Shown here one piece after another: positions 28,219 to 37,912 of a stretch of DNA of 64,000 nucleotides. The DNA comes from Schwartzia sp. (in: firmicutes). Lineage in GTDB: Bacteria > Bacillota > Negativicutes > Selenomonadales > Selenomonadaceae. How positions within the stretch are numbered: position 1 is the first letter of the stretch; each line of letters begins with the position of its first letter. The notes under the pieces were generated by a model. The model was not told where the DNA came from. It searched no databases and worked only from the letters and a program-made list of their open reading frames with translations. The DNA lies in the NCBI GenBank assembly GCA_052170475.1, contig JBQNAL010000010.1:680-64679 (forward strand). Direction: 5' to 3'. The position numbers and the translations under genes are program-made.

Positions 28219-29091
28219 TTAGTTCGGACGATTTTTTGCTGCGGTGTGGGAGAGGAGAATACAGCCGGAAACGATGAGCGCCCCGCCGGCCACGACGTTC
28301 CACGTCGGGATCTCCGCCCAGATCGCGAACCCCCAGAACGCATTGAACAAGATCCCGATGTAGCGGACGACTTCCACGATCACGACGTTCTCATGCGTAA
28401 ATGCCTTCGTCAAAAACACCTGCGCCAAGAGGGAAACGACCCCCATGGCGGTGAGGAGAAACAGCTCCCAAGGCGTCGGCACGACGAAATCCCGCCACAT
28501 GAGCGGAATGGAGATCAACGTCGCCGCCGCCATAAAATAGAGAATGATTTCATACGCATGGAAGGAGCGGCTCAGATAGCGGATGCAGACCCCCGCCGCC
28601 CCGGAAAGCACCGCGGCGGCAATGCCAAAGAGCGCCACCGCCGAATAGGTGGAGTAGCCTAAAGGGTTGATGGTCAGCATCGCCCCGGCAAAAATCACCG
28701 GCAAAATCAGCCCCATGCGCCCCGGCAGCTTCTCCTTCAGGAAAATCGCCGCCAAGATAAAGGAAAAGACCGGCGAAAGATTGACCAAAATAATCGCGTC
28801 CACCAAGGGCATATAGGCGATGGTGTAAAAATACGCCAACATGTAGAGTGCGCCCAAACTCCCCCGCAGGACTAAGAGGGGAATCCCGGCGTTCGACGCC
28901 CGCACCCCCTGTACGCGCATCAGGAGCAGGATCAGCACCGTTCCGATGGCACTGCGAAAAAAAACGATCTCATTGGAAGGAATATTGACGCTGACCGCCT
29001 TGACCAGCGCGTTCATCACGCTGAAAACCAAGGACGACATCACGGCGCAGAAAAGCCCGCTCGTCATCCAATGCTTCCATCGTTCTCCCAT
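28219..29091 (-). CDS. DMT-superfamily (EamA-like) transporter
   Basis: ~10 TM segments in two EamA-like halves. I chose ATG 29091 (MGERWKHW), which has a GGGAGG RBS. The tracked ORF runs to 29151. Confidence 0.8.
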   Translation of the reverse strand: MGERWKHWMTSGLFCAVMSSLVFSVMNALVKAVSVNIPSNEIVFFRSAIGTVLILLLMRVQGVRASNAGIPLLVLRGSLGALYMLAYFYTIAYMPLVDAIILVNLSPVFSFILAAIFLKEKLPGRMGLILPVIFAGAMLTINPLGYSTYSAVALFGIAAAVLSGAAGVCIRYLSRSFHAYEIILYFMAAATLISIPLMWRDFVVPTPWELFLLTAMGVVSLLAQVFLTKAFTHENVVIVEVVRYIGILFNAFWGFAIWAEIPTWNVVAGGALIVSGCILLSHTAAKNRPN

Positions 29092-29211
29092 CCCGTCGCC
29101 TCCCTGCCGCCAGCGGTCTTCCCGCCTCGCCTCCTTGTCATGACACATCATGTATGTTATTATAAAGGCGTGAGTAACTCACATGTCAATACTTTTCTGA
29201 AAGGATTTGCC

Positions 29212-29862
29212 ATGTCATTCAAAAAAAATTCTTCCCCCAACCTCCCGCCGGTCGAAACCGTTGACGCCGCCATCTTGTGCGCCCGCATCTTTTCCCCGGC
29301 GGCCAGCACCAATTTCACCCGCAACCCCACTTTTGCCGCACTGTTTTCCCTCGTCCTCTCCGAGGTGATCGCTTACGGCGAAAGCACTGCGTCCTGCCGC
29401 AAGATCGCCCAAGCCTCCAATCACATTCTGCTCACGTTTCCCGCCGACCGCGCCGGGATCCGAAGCGCCTATGCCGCCGCCCAGACGATCACGGCAATCT
29501 GCCGAAAAGGGCCGCGCCCTCTAAAAGGCGCGGCCCTGCCCCTGCAAGCGGCGCTATCTGCCGACTGCGGCACATTACACTATAACGCCGCATACGCCGG
29601 TCACCACCTCTTCGGCGACTGTATCTGGCTGGGCGAGGTGAGGGAACGCGCCCTCCTCCTCGCCAAGGCCGCCGGAACCCAGTATTTCCCCGACTGCCTC
29701 TTTACCCATGCGATCCACCGGCGGCTGCCAAAGTCTTTACAGGAAAAGTTCCCGCAAAAATATTATCACGACCACATCTGCTGCTACGGCGAAACGCCGC
29801 CCCATCGGGCGGCGTCTTACGGCACCTATTCAGAAAGCTGCGGCATCGTCCGTCTGGTATAG
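29212..29862 (+). CDS. hypothetical protein (no recognisable family)
   Basis: ATG 29212 (MSFKKNSS) follows AAAGGA. Third codon positions are strongly G/C-biased, like the neighbouring genes. The tracked ORF starts at 29071 inside the divergent gene. Confidence 0.45.
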   Translation: MSFKKNSSPNLPPVETVDAAILCARIFSPAASTNFTRNPTFAALFSLVLSEVIAYGESTASCRKIAQASNHILLTFPADRAGIRSAYAAAQTITAICRKGPRPLKGAALPLQAALSADCGTLHYNAAYAGHHLFGDCIWLGEVRERALLLAKAAGTQYFPDCLFTHAIHRRLPKSLQEKFPQKYYHDHICCYGETPPHRAASYGTYSESCGIVRLV

Positions 29863-29889
29863 GCGACACGGAGAAAAGGAGAAAGATCC

Positions 29890-30756
29890 ATGCCAGAAAA
29901 AGACGCTTCCCTCATGACGATCAAGGAATTCAGCGCCCTGACCCATACCCCGGTGGACACCCTCAAGCACTACGACCGCATCGACATCTTAAAACCGGCC
30001 TACGTCGGTGAAAATCGTTACCGCTACTATCGGGCGGAGCAGGCGCTCCAGCTCACCCGCATCCTCTTCGGCGTGCGCTCCCAGACGTATCTCGCCGACA
30101 TCAAAAAGCTCCTAAATGAAAACGACCCGAACGTCACCATGGAAAAATACCGCCAAATCTACGGCAACTTAGAAGAGCGCGTCCAAGAACTCCAAGCGCT
30201 GCAAGCGACCATCGCCAATCTGTCCTATTACTTCAATTTCTATCAGCAGCACCCGCCGGAAACCTTATTCACGGCCTACTTCCCGGAATACTTCATCCTG
30301 CGCTCGCCAAAATTAGACATCGCGTCGGCGGTTGGCAACGAAACGACTATCGCCAACGAATTTTTTCTCAAAGGGTTCCACCGCAACCATTGGCCCCATT
30401 TCCTATTGGGCGCCCTATACGATGAAAACGACGTCCGCCGCCGGGATTTCACTTCCCCCTCCTACTTTCTCAAAATCGACCACCCCGAGCATTATCCGGC
30501 GGAAGAAACAAGCTACGTCCCCGGCGGCAGCTATCTTTGCTTCCTCTACCGCACCCATACCCATCGGCTCCCTGAGGCGGTTTCCCTCTACCTCGACCGC
30601 ATCAACGCCGCCAACGAAAAGATCATCGGCTCGGTATTCTCCATAGACATCGTAAACGGCCTCCTCACCTCTCGCATCTCGGACTATCACACCATGCTCT
30701 TCGCCCGATGTCAGGAAGAGTCCCGACGACAACCACAAAAAGGAGGCAGCCCGTAA
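29890..30756 (+). CDS. MerR-family transcriptional regulator with a C-terminal effector-binding domain (GyrI/BmrR-like by inference)
   Basis: N-terminal MerR HTH (MTIKEFSALTHTPVDTLKHYDRIDILKP...RYY) and a coiled-coil linker. AAGGAGA RBS before ATG 29890. Confidence 0.8.
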   Translation: MPEKDASLMTIKEFSALTHTPVDTLKHYDRIDILKPAYVGENRYRYYRAEQALQLTRILFGVRSQTYLADIKKLLNENDPNVTMEKYRQIYGNLEERVQELQALQATIANLSYYFNFYQQHPPETLFTAYFPEYFILRSPKLDIASAVGNETTIANEFFLKGFHRNHWPHFLLGALYDENDVRRRDFTSPSYFLKIDHPEHYPAEETSYVPGGSYLCFLYRTHTHRLPEAVSLYLDRINAANEKIIGSVFSIDIVNGLLTSRISDYHTMLFARCQEESRRQPQKGGSP

Positions 30757-30766
30757 GGACTGCCCC
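30734..30766 (-). terminator. rho-independent terminator of the porin gene; overlaps the 3' end of the MerR gene
   Basis: On the minus strand, GGGGCAGTCCTTACGGGCTGCC is followed by TCCTTTTTGTGG. It is closely related to the hairpin at 22477..22500. Confidence 0.65.
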
Positions 30767-30798
30767 GAAAAATCTCGTGTGAAAAAAGGAACCGCAAC

Positions 30799-32145
30799 TC
30801 AGAAGAAAAACTGGAGGGTCGTGTAGAGCGTGGACATATCGGTATCTCCTGCCGCTTCAATGTCCTTGCCGCGCCAGTACTGCACCGTCCCCATGACATT
30901 CTTCGCGAACACATAGGCACCGCCGATGTTCCAGCCCTTCTGGCTTCCGTTGCCATTATAATAAACTTCGTTGTAGGTCGGCCCAATGACCGCGCCGCGG
31001 CCAAGATGACGATACGCCAAGAACGCGCCGAAATTCCCCGGCTTCATGTCGGGATAGATGCCGCCGTTATAGGCGAGTTCAACCGTGTACGCCTGTTTAT
31101 ACTTCGTTTCCCAGTTCCCATTGGACTTCGCGTAAGCGACGTTCATGAGCCACTGGGGCGAGAACGTATAGGTCATGCCCACTTCCCAGATGTTGCGGGT
31201 TTCACTGCCAAAGGGTTCTGCGCTGTCCCAGCTCTTGCGGAACCGCCCGCTGCCGTCCTTGTAGGCGCTTTCGTTCTTCAGATGATAATACGCCGCGCCA
31301 ATGTCGAAGTTGTCGCTGGCATGATAGGTCAGCTCGATAAACTGCATATTATCGACCGTACCGGGGCGGCTTCTGTTCGGATCCCGCGCCTGACGCCCTG
31401 CACCGATGGTCGTTTGGAGCTGATCGCCAAAGGTCAGGATCCCGCCGGTGAGACGATTGCCGAAGACAAGACCGCGATCCAAGCGGGTCTCATAGGGGAT
31501 CTTCCCGAGCTGGATCTTCGTCTTGCCGTATTTTCCTTCCACCCAGACGCGATCAACGCGAAATTCACTGGCGTTCGCCGACGTGTTGTTCTTCGCCGTA
31601 TTCATGTCAGAATAATACTTAAAGCGCGCGCGCCCGATCCAGTGCTCGTTGATGGTGACGACTGGATTGAGCTGGAACTGCACTTTCTGCCACTTGTAAG
31701 CAGAGCCATCCGACGTGTTGCCGATGTTATCATTCGTCGGCTGAGCGTGGCTGTCCCGCCAATACTCGTAGCCGATCCAGCCTTTCCACTTCACGTTGTC
31801 CACCTTTTTCTCCAAGGCGGCGACGCGGACGCCGAGGCTGTTCAGCTCGTCGGCAAATTCAGCGGCGAGGCGGTCGATCAGGGCGCGATCCCCATCCCCG
31901 ACCCCGACACGCGCCATGGCTCTGGCCACCATCTGCGCCATCTCGTAGCGGGTGATCTCCTGATCGCCCCGATAGGTGCCGTCGCCGTAGCCTTCGATAA
32001 CCCCGTCGGCGGCAAGCTGCGCCACCGCGTCGTAGGCCCAGTGATCCGCCGGTACATCCGTAAAGGGATTGGCGGCAGCAAAGCTCACCGCGTTGGCGGT
32101 CATGATGGCCGCTGCGGCCGCAGCGGCAGTTAAGAATTTTTTCAC
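30799..32145 (-). CDS. SLH-domain outer-membrane porin (OmpM-like)
   Basis: Signal peptide (AVSFAAANPF), an SLH domain (FTDVPADHWAYDAVAQLAADGVIEGYGDGTYRGDQEITRYEMAQMVARA), a coiled-coil spacer and a beta-barrel-like C-terminus ending in F. GTG start with an AGGAGG RBS. Confidence 0.85.
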   Translation of the reverse strand: MKKFLTAAAAAAAIMTANAVSFAAANPFTDVPADHWAYDAVAQLAADGVIEGYGDGTYRGDQEITRYEMAQMVARAMARVGVGDGDRALIDRLAAEFADELNSLGVRVAALEKKVDNVKWKGWIGYEYWRDSHAQPTNDNIGNTSDGSAYKWQKVQFQLNPVVTINEHWIGRARFKYYSDMNTAKNNTSANASEFRVDRVWVEGKYGKTKIQLGKIPYETRLDRGLVFGNRLTGGILTFGDQLQTTIGAGRQARDPNRSRPGTVDNMQFIELTYHASDNFDIGAAYYHLKNESAYKDGSGRFRKSWDSAEPFGSETRNIWEVGMTYTFSPQWLMNVAYAKSNGNWETKYKQAYTVELAYNGGIYPDMKPGNFGAFLAYRHLGRGAVIGPTYNEVYYNGNGSQKGWNIGGAYVFAKNVMGTVQYWRGKDIEAAGDTDMSTLYTTLQFFF

Positions 32146-32252
32146 GTTCTTTTTCCTCCTTCAATTTTTTATTTCCTACACATCTCCAGCGCCAAGAAAC
32201 CTTGTCGGCACACGAGGCGGTATGCTCCGCCCGAAGCGCCGCCCGCGAAGGG

Positions 32253-33110
32253 TCAGCTTGCCGGCATTTCTGCCGGGATTTCCGCCTCTCCCGTCGATGC
32301 CGGCGCCATTCTCTTCTTGCCCCTCAAGGGGAAGATGGAGCTTAAGAGCTTCTGGGTGTAGGGATGCTTCGCCTCCCGAAGTTTTCCGGCGGGCAGCACC
32401 TCCACTACATTGCCCCGATACATGACGGCGGCTCGGTGGCACATCTGATAAACCAAGGCCAAATCATGGCAGATAAAGATGATGGAAAGCTGTGTTTTCT
32501 TCTGAATGGAGAGAAGAAGATCGACGATCTTCTTCTGCACCGATACGTCGAGGGCGCTGGTCGCTTCGTCGCAGACGAGAACCTCGGGGTTTAAGACGAG
32601 CGCTCGGGCGATGCCGATGCGCTGGCGCTGGCCGCCGGACATGTTGGCCGGATAGCGATCCACAATATCCTCCGGCAGTTCCACGAGGCGCAGCATTTCC
32701 TTCGCCTTGGCCTCCGCTTCGGAAGCTTTGATGAGGTCGAAATTGTACAGGGGTTCGCAGATGATGTCCTTGATCCGCATTTTCGGATTGAACGCCGTAT
32801 TGGGATCCTGAAACACCATCTGAATGTGACGCCGACTCTGCCGCAGTTCTTCGCCCCCCAGCTTCATGAGGTCGGTGCCGCCGTAAATCGCCGCGCCGGA
32901 CGTCGGCCGGTGCAGGCGCACGAGGCACTTGACGAGGGTACTCTTGCCACTGCCGCTCTCGCCGACGATGGCCAAAGATTCCCCCTTGTAGAGCTGCAAA
33001 GAAATGTCGTTCACGGCAGTGAGAGTCTTGCCGCCCCCCAAGTCAAACGTTTTCACCATGTGCTGAATGTCGAGCACCACTTCATTGGATGGGACTGTAT
33101 GTTCACTCAT
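32253..33110 (-). CDS. ABC transporter ATP-binding protein (OppF/NikE-like), importer 2
   Basis: GESGSGKST, MSGGQRQR, LVCDEATSALD. Confidence 0.9.
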   Translation of the reverse strand: MSEHTVPSNEVVLDIQHMVKTFDLGGGKTLTAVNDISLQLYKGESLAIVGESGSGKSTLVKCLVRLHRPTSGAAIYGGTDLMKLGGEELRQSRRHIQMVFQDPNTAFNPKMRIKDIICEPLYNFDLIKASEAEAKAKEMLRLVELPEDIVDRYPANMSGGQRQRIGIARALVLNPEVLVCDEATSALDVSVQKKIVDLLLSIQKKTQLSIIFICHDLALVYQMCHRAAVMYRGNVVEVLPAGKLREAKHPYTQKLLSSIFPLRGKKRMAPASTGEAEIPAEMPAS

Positions 33111-33889
33111 GCTACACCATCTCCAATCTGCGGCACCGCATCCAAAAGTTCCTTCGTGTAGTCTTCCTTCGGGTGATCGACGATCTCCTCCGGCGTTCCC
33201 CGCTCGATGATGTCGCCGTAGCGCATGACGATGATCTCATCCGCCATGTAGGCCGCCACGCCCAAGTTATGGGTCACGATGATGATCGCCGTGTTGTCAT
33301 CCCGGCAGATCCCCATCATCTCCTCCACCACCTGCGCTTGGGTCGTCACGTCGAGGGCCGAAGTCGGCTCGTCGGCTAAGAGGAGCTTTGGCTGGAAGAA
33401 CATGCCCATCGCCACGCCGACGCGCTGATTCATGCCGCCGGAAAGCTCGAAGGGAAAGAGATCCATGATCGTTTCCGGGTTCGGCAGATTCATGCGCCGC
33501 AGCATTTCAACGGCCTGCTTCGCCGCTTCCTCTTCCGTGATGTCAACATGTTCCAAGATATACTCCACAAACTGCTTGCCAATCTTTTGAATGGGATCCA
33601 TCATGGAGCCGCTGGATTGAAAGACCATGGAAATATCCCGGCCACTGACTTTGCGCCATTCCTCCGGCGTATTCTTCAGGAGATCTTTCCCGTTAAAGAC
33701 GATACTGCCGCCGGTGACATGCCCTTCGTTGGGCAGACACCCCAAGATGGCGCGGATGACCGTGGTCTTGCCGCTGCCACTCTCGCCGACGATGGCGATG
33801 ACCTTCCCCTCGTCGAGGGAGAGGCTCACGTCATGGACGATGGGATGATCTCCATAGGAAATGGAAAGATTCGATACTTCTAATAGCAT
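33107..33889 (-). CDS. ABC transporter ATP-binding protein (OppD/NikD-like), importer 2
   Basis: GESGSGKTT, LSGGMNQR, LLADEPTSALD. I chose ATG 33889 (MLLEVSNL), which has an AAGGAGA RBS. The tracked 338-aa ORF has an implausible Arg-rich extension overlapping the upstream gene. Confidence 0.9.
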   Translation of the reverse strand: MLLEVSNLSISYGDHPIVHDVSLSLDEGKVIAIVGESGSGKTTVIRAILGCLPNEGHVTGGSIVFNGKDLLKNTPEEWRKVSGRDISMVFQSSGSMMDPIQKIGKQFVEYILEHVDITEEEAAKQAVEMLRRMNLPNPETIMDLFPFELSGGMNQRVGVAMGMFFQPKLLLADEPTSALDVTTQAQVVEEMMGICRDDNTAIIIVTHNLGVAAYMADEIIVMRYGDIIERGTPEEIVDHPKEDYTKELLDAVPQIGDGVA

Positions 33890-34016
33890 AATATCTCCTT
33901 CTTGACGAGTTTCCCGGTCAGAAAAGAGCGATTGTCTCCCTTCAGACAGGAGAATGGCGGAGGGCAGGTACACCCTCCGCTTTTCCCGTCGTTCGCCGTG
34001 CGATAAGGACAATCCC

Positions 34017-35612
34017 TTATTTCGCCGGAGCAATATCCTTCGTGATCCAGTAGTAGTCCGCCGGATGCATGATGGCGTTCTTGATCTTCTTGGAGCTGAC
34101 GATGTTCGTGTACGGGTAGCCAAGGAAGAGGCCGGCCGCGTCGTTCAGATAGAGCTGCTCAATATCAATGATGAGCTGGCGGCGCTTCGCCGGATCAAAC
34201 TCCACGTTGAGGGCATCCAGCTTCGCGTCCACTTCGGGGTTGCTGTATCCGGAGCCGTTCTGGGGATTGGAGCCGTCCACGTTGGAGTGCCAGTACTGGT
34301 TGAGATAGCTCTGAGGATCGCCGGTGGCGGCCGTCGTGATGTTGGAGATCAGGAGATCGTATTCACCGTTGATGCCCATCTTGTCGATGAGGTTGTAGTC
34401 CACGGTCTTGATCTTGACGTCGATGCCGACCTTCTTCTGATCCGCCTGCACGGCTTCCGCGTAGAGGGGCAGCTCGGCGCGGCTGTTGTAGACGACGAAA
34501 TCCACCTGCAGGGGCTTTCCGTCCTTGTCACGAATGCCGTCGCCGTTCGTATCCTTCCAGCCCGCTTCATCGAGGAGCTTCTTGGCGCGCTCCACGTTGT
34601 AGCTGTTGGGATCCGTCAGCTTGTCGAAGTCGTAGTCGAGCGACGGCGGAACCGGCGCCTTGCCCGCCATGAAGGTTCCCTTCAGGAGGACTTCGTTGTA
34701 ATTCTTGCGATCGCAGGCACTAATGAAGGCCTCGCGCACCTTCTTGTCGCTCAGGATGTGATCCGGCTTCTGGTTGATGCGCGCTAACACCGTGCGGAGC
34801 GACGCGATCTCATCCACATGGAACTTGTCGTTACCGCGGAAGAGACCGATGTCGCCGGCGGCGATATTGACCGCCATGTCGATCTCACCCGACTGGAGCG
34901 CCATGGCTCGGGTGTTCGGATCGTCGATGGAAGGCACTTCCACCTTCTCGTAGGGAACCGCGCCGTCCCAATAGTTCGGATTCTTTTTGAGGACGCACTT
35001 GTCGCGGGTAAAGCTCTCCACCATGTACGGGCCGGTACCGATGGGGCCTTCCTTCGCGAAGTTTCTTCCATCCTTCTCCGATTTCACGTTGACGATGAGG
35101 AACAGGGGATCGGCGAGCTGCCCCGGCATGTTCGGCACCGGCTTCACCGTGTGGATGATGAGTTCCTGCCCTTTGGCCTCGATGCTGGTGTACTCAAAGA
35201 AGGTCTTGGCGCGGTTCTGCTTGGCAAAGACGCGCTCGATGGACGCCTTGACCGCTTCCGCCGTCACCGGGTCGCCGTTGGAGAATTTCGCTTTGTCCTT
35301 GATCTTAAACGTCCACGTCAGATGATCGTCGCTGATCTTCCAGCTCTCCGCCAGCCAAGGCTGGGTGCGCATCTTCTCGTCGAATTTCGACAGCGTCTCA
35401 CCGACGCCGTAGCGCATGACCACCCACGCGAAATAGTTCTCCGTCGGCTCCAAGGTGTCGGCGAAGTTCGTGACGCCGACCTTCAGCGTATTGGAAGCGC
35501 TGCCCCCCGAGGAGGAGCCGCCGCCACCGCCGCAGCCCACCAAGAATGTCGCTGCCATGCCCACGGCCAACCCCGCCGTGACGAGTTTTTTGAGTTTGGA
35601 ATTGAATACCAT
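34017..35612 (-). CDS. family-5 (peptide/nickel) ABC substrate-binding lipoprotein, importer 2
   Basis: Lipobox LVGC followed by a Gly/Ser linker. SBP_bac_5-like core. Paralogue of 26403..27992. Confidence 0.88.
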   Translation of the reverse strand: MVFNSKLKKLVTAGLAVGMAATFLVGCGGGGGSSSGGSASNTLKVGVTNFADTLEPTENYFAWVVMRYGVGETLSKFDEKMRTQPWLAESWKISDDHLTWTFKIKDKAKFSNGDPVTAEAVKASIERVFAKQNRAKTFFEYTSIEAKGQELIIHTVKPVPNMPGQLADPLFLIVNVKSEKDGRNFAKEGPIGTGPYMVESFTRDKCVLKKNPNYWDGAVPYEKVEVPSIDDPNTRAMALQSGEIDMAVNIAAGDIGLFRGNDKFHVDEIASLRTVLARINQKPDHILSDKKVREAFISACDRKNYNEVLLKGTFMAGKAPVPPSLDYDFDKLTDPNSYNVERAKKLLDEAGWKDTNGDGIRDKDGKPLQVDFVVYNSRAELPLYAEAVQADQKKVGIDVKIKTVDYNLIDKMGINGEYDLLISNITTAATGDPQSYLNQYWHSNVDGSNPQNGSGYSNPEVDAKLDALNVEFDPAKRRQLIIDIEQLYLNDAAGLFLGYPYTNIVSSKKIKNAIMHPADYYWITKDIAPAK

Positions 35613-35739
35613 ACATACCCTTCTTTCTTTTGTAATGAAATATGCGAGGCTCCAACGTGCGAGCCGTACTGCCTGTTTCGGGAAGCACTGAGAAACTGAA
35701 GTCCGTCAGATTGGCGGTGCTGAATTTATCCGTGCTTCC

Positions 35740-36561
35740 TTAGTTTGCCTTCTGGGGATCCATGAGATCCCGCAGGCTGTCGCCCCAGAGGTTAAAGATC
35801 GCGACGACAACTAAGATCGCGAGACCCGGGAAGATCATCGCCCAAGGCGCCGTCTGGAGAACCTGACGCCCTTCGTTCAGCATGAGCCCCCATTCCGCCG
35901 TGGGCGGTTGCGCCCCAAAGCCGAGGAAGGAGAGACCCGCGATCTCCATGATGATGGAGCCGATGTCCATCGCCGCCGTAACGATGACCATCTGGAAGGT
36001 GTTCGGCAGGATGTGGCGGTAGAGAAGCGCCAAGGGCTTCGTGCCGTTCGTGATGGCCGCCGCCATAAATTCGCTCTGCGTGAGCTTCAGCGTGAGGCTG
36101 CGCCCGAGGCGGGCGTACTTCGTCCAGCCGACGGTCGCGAGCGCCAGCACCGTATTCACCACGCTCCCGCCCATGACACCGGCGATGGCAATCGCCAAGA
36201 CGATGCCCGGAAACGCCATCATCATGTCGGTAAAGCGCATGAGGAGCATGTCCACCCGCCCCCCGCAGTAGCCGGAGACGATGCCCACCAAGGTGCCGAA
36301 CGCGCTCATCAAAATGACGACCATGATCGTCATGGAGAGGGACACCCGCGCCCCGTAGATGATCCGCGTGAAGCAGTCCCGCCCGAGCTTATCCGTGCCG
36401 AACCAATGCTGGGCGGACGGCTCCAAGAGCGACGCCGTCATATTGGAAGCGTAGGGATCCTCCGACAGGAGGAAGGGGCCAAACGCCGCCACCAAAATCA
36501 CCAAGAGGACAAGGCTGGAGTAGAAGTGGAAGAGCGCCCGCTCTCCTTTGAAAAACGCCAT
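35740..36561 (-). CDS. ABC transporter permease (OppC/NikC-like), importer 2
   Basis: Multi-TM protein with EAA loop (FMAAAITNGTKPLALLYRHILPN). Confidence 0.88.
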   Translation of the reverse strand: MAFFKGERALFHFYSSLVLLVILVAAFGPFLLSEDPYASNMTASLLEPSAQHWFGTDKLGRDCFTRIIYGARVSLSMTIMVVILMSAFGTLVGIVSGYCGGRVDMLLMRFTDMMMAFPGIVLAIAIAGVMGGSVVNTVLALATVGWTKYARLGRSLTLKLTQSEFMAAAITNGTKPLALLYRHILPNTFQMVIVTAAMDIGSIIMEIAGLSFLGFGAQPPTAEWGLMLNEGRQVLQTAPWAMIFPGLAILVVVAIFNLWGDSLRDLMDPQKAN

Positions 36562-36562
36562 G

Positions 36563-37486
36563 TCACTCGCCCCCTTTCTTTAGACGCGGATTGAGTACAT
36601 AGTAGGACGCGTCGATCAAGAGATTGATGATCATGTAGAAGGTGGCGATCCAGAGGACGAAGCCCATGAGGAGCGGATAATCGCGCATCAAAATGGCGCG
36701 CACCGCCATGGCGCCGAGACCCGGCCAAGAAAAGACCATCTCGACGACGGCCACGCCGCCAAGGAGCCAGCCCACGGACGTACCGAAAAGCGTCACCAAG
36801 GGAAGGCAGGCATTCGGGAGGATGTGATGCCAGAGGATCTTGCGCATGGGGATCCCCCGCGCCCGCGCCCCGGTCACATAATCCTTCCCCAATTCTTCCA
36901 GCACCGCCGTCCGCACCTGCCGGGTGAACTTCGAGGAAAGAACGATGGCCAGCGTCAACGCCGGCAGCACCATGCGGTCAAAGGAAACCTCACCGCCCGC
37001 GATGGGGAACATCCCCAATTTCAGGCCGAAGAAGTAGAGGAGGAGAAGCCCCACCCAGAAGCTCGGCATGGACACACCGATGAAGGAGAAAAAGCGCACC
37101 ACATAATCAATCGCGTGGTTTCGATGGATGGCGATCAAAATCCCCAGCGGCACGGAAACCACCACCATGATGAAGAGCGCTGCCCCCGCCAAGAGCAATG
37201 TCCCCGGCGCCCCTAACATCATGCGATCCACCACCGGCATCTTGGCGGAATAGGAAAGCCCCATATCCCCATGGAGGATCCCCGACAGCCAGCGCCAATA
37301 CTGGACGTAGAAAGGCTTGTCAAGCCCCAATTCCCGGCGCGTCTGCTCGATGATCTCCGGCGGCACAATGGTATCGCCCACCTCCAAGATCATCTCCACC
37401 GGATCGCCCGGCGCGATGTAAGTCAGCCCGAAGGTCAGCACCGTGACGCCGAGCAGCGTAATGACCATTTGCAGCAAACGGCGCAT
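36563..37486 (-). CDS. ABC transporter permease (OppB/NikB-like), importer 2
   Basis: I chose ATG 37486 (MRRLLQMVITLLGV), which has a GAAGGAAG RBS. EAA loop TGARARGIPMRKILWHHILPN. The tracked ORF runs to 37591. Confidence 0.88.
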   Translation of the reverse strand: MRRLLQMVITLLGVTVLTFGLTYIAPGDPVEMILEVGDTIVPPEIIEQTRRELGLDKPFYVQYWRWLSGILHGDMGLSYSAKMPVVDRMMLGAPGTLLLAGAALFIMVVVSVPLGILIAIHRNHAIDYVVRFFSFIGVSMPSFWVGLLLLYFFGLKLGMFPIAGGEVSFDRMVLPALTLAIVLSSKFTRQVRTAVLEELGKDYVTGARARGIPMRKILWHHILPNACLPLVTLFGTSVGWLLGGVAVVEMVFSWPGLGAMAVRAILMRDYPLLMGFVLWIATFYMIINLLIDASYYVLNPRLKKGGE

Positions 37487-37695
37487 TACTTCCTTCTTTC
37501 CCAAAAGTATCATCCCTTCCTTAAAGATCGTCGCAGCGCGGGAAACCGCGCCGACTGGCCAAACACAACAAAAAAGCAGACCACCTCCCACTTACGATGA
37601 TCTACCGGAAACAGCCCGCGCTGCGCCACAGGCCTTCCTGTGGCCGCGCACCGCATCCATCTCCTTATCGGTCGTAAGTCAAACGATGAATCTCA

Positions 37696-37858
37696 TTATG
37701 AGCAGGCTTTCTGGCTTAGGCTCAGCGCCGGTTCCGCCTTCCCGGGTCTCATGACCCAGTGACCTCATGGAATCGGCTCTCCTTCACAGCTGCGGGACAG
37801 CACGGGAATCGCACCCGTTTTCCTCTCATCGCCCGGCGCACCGCACCGGCACTCATAA
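37696..37858 (-). promoter_or_regulatory. cobalamin (B12) riboswitch aptamer
   Basis: The minus strand reads TTATGAG...GAGAGGAAAACGGGTGCGATTCCCGTGCTGTCCCGCAGCTGTGAAGGA...GGTCACTGGGTCATGAGACCCGGGAAGGCGG...AAGCCAGAAAGCCTGCTCATAA. This matches the conserved cobalamin-riboswitch core, B12 box (CACTGG..GGGAAGGC) and 3' AGCCnGAAnnCCTGC element. P1 is closed by TTATGAG/CTCATAA. A weak hairpin plus U6 (37568..37605) follows as a possible attenuator. Confidence 0.88.
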
Positions 37859-37912
37859 CGCCTGATGAAATTTTCTCGGACTTTTCACTTACACAACGTG
37901 ATTGCTAAACTT

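Noticed and set aside
33890-34123. 78-aa N-terminal extension of the importer-2 ATPase ORF.
   Set aside because: It is an Arg/Ser/Thr-rich sequence overlapping the 3' end of the binding-protein gene. A good AAGGAGA RBS precedes the internal ATG 33889, where the ABC fold begins.
37608-37676. 22-codon ORF (MDAVRGHRKACGAARAVSGRSS) inside the riboswitch expression platform.
   Set aside because: The AGGAG abuts the ATG with no spacer and the peptide has no recognisable features. It is more likely part of the RNA structure.
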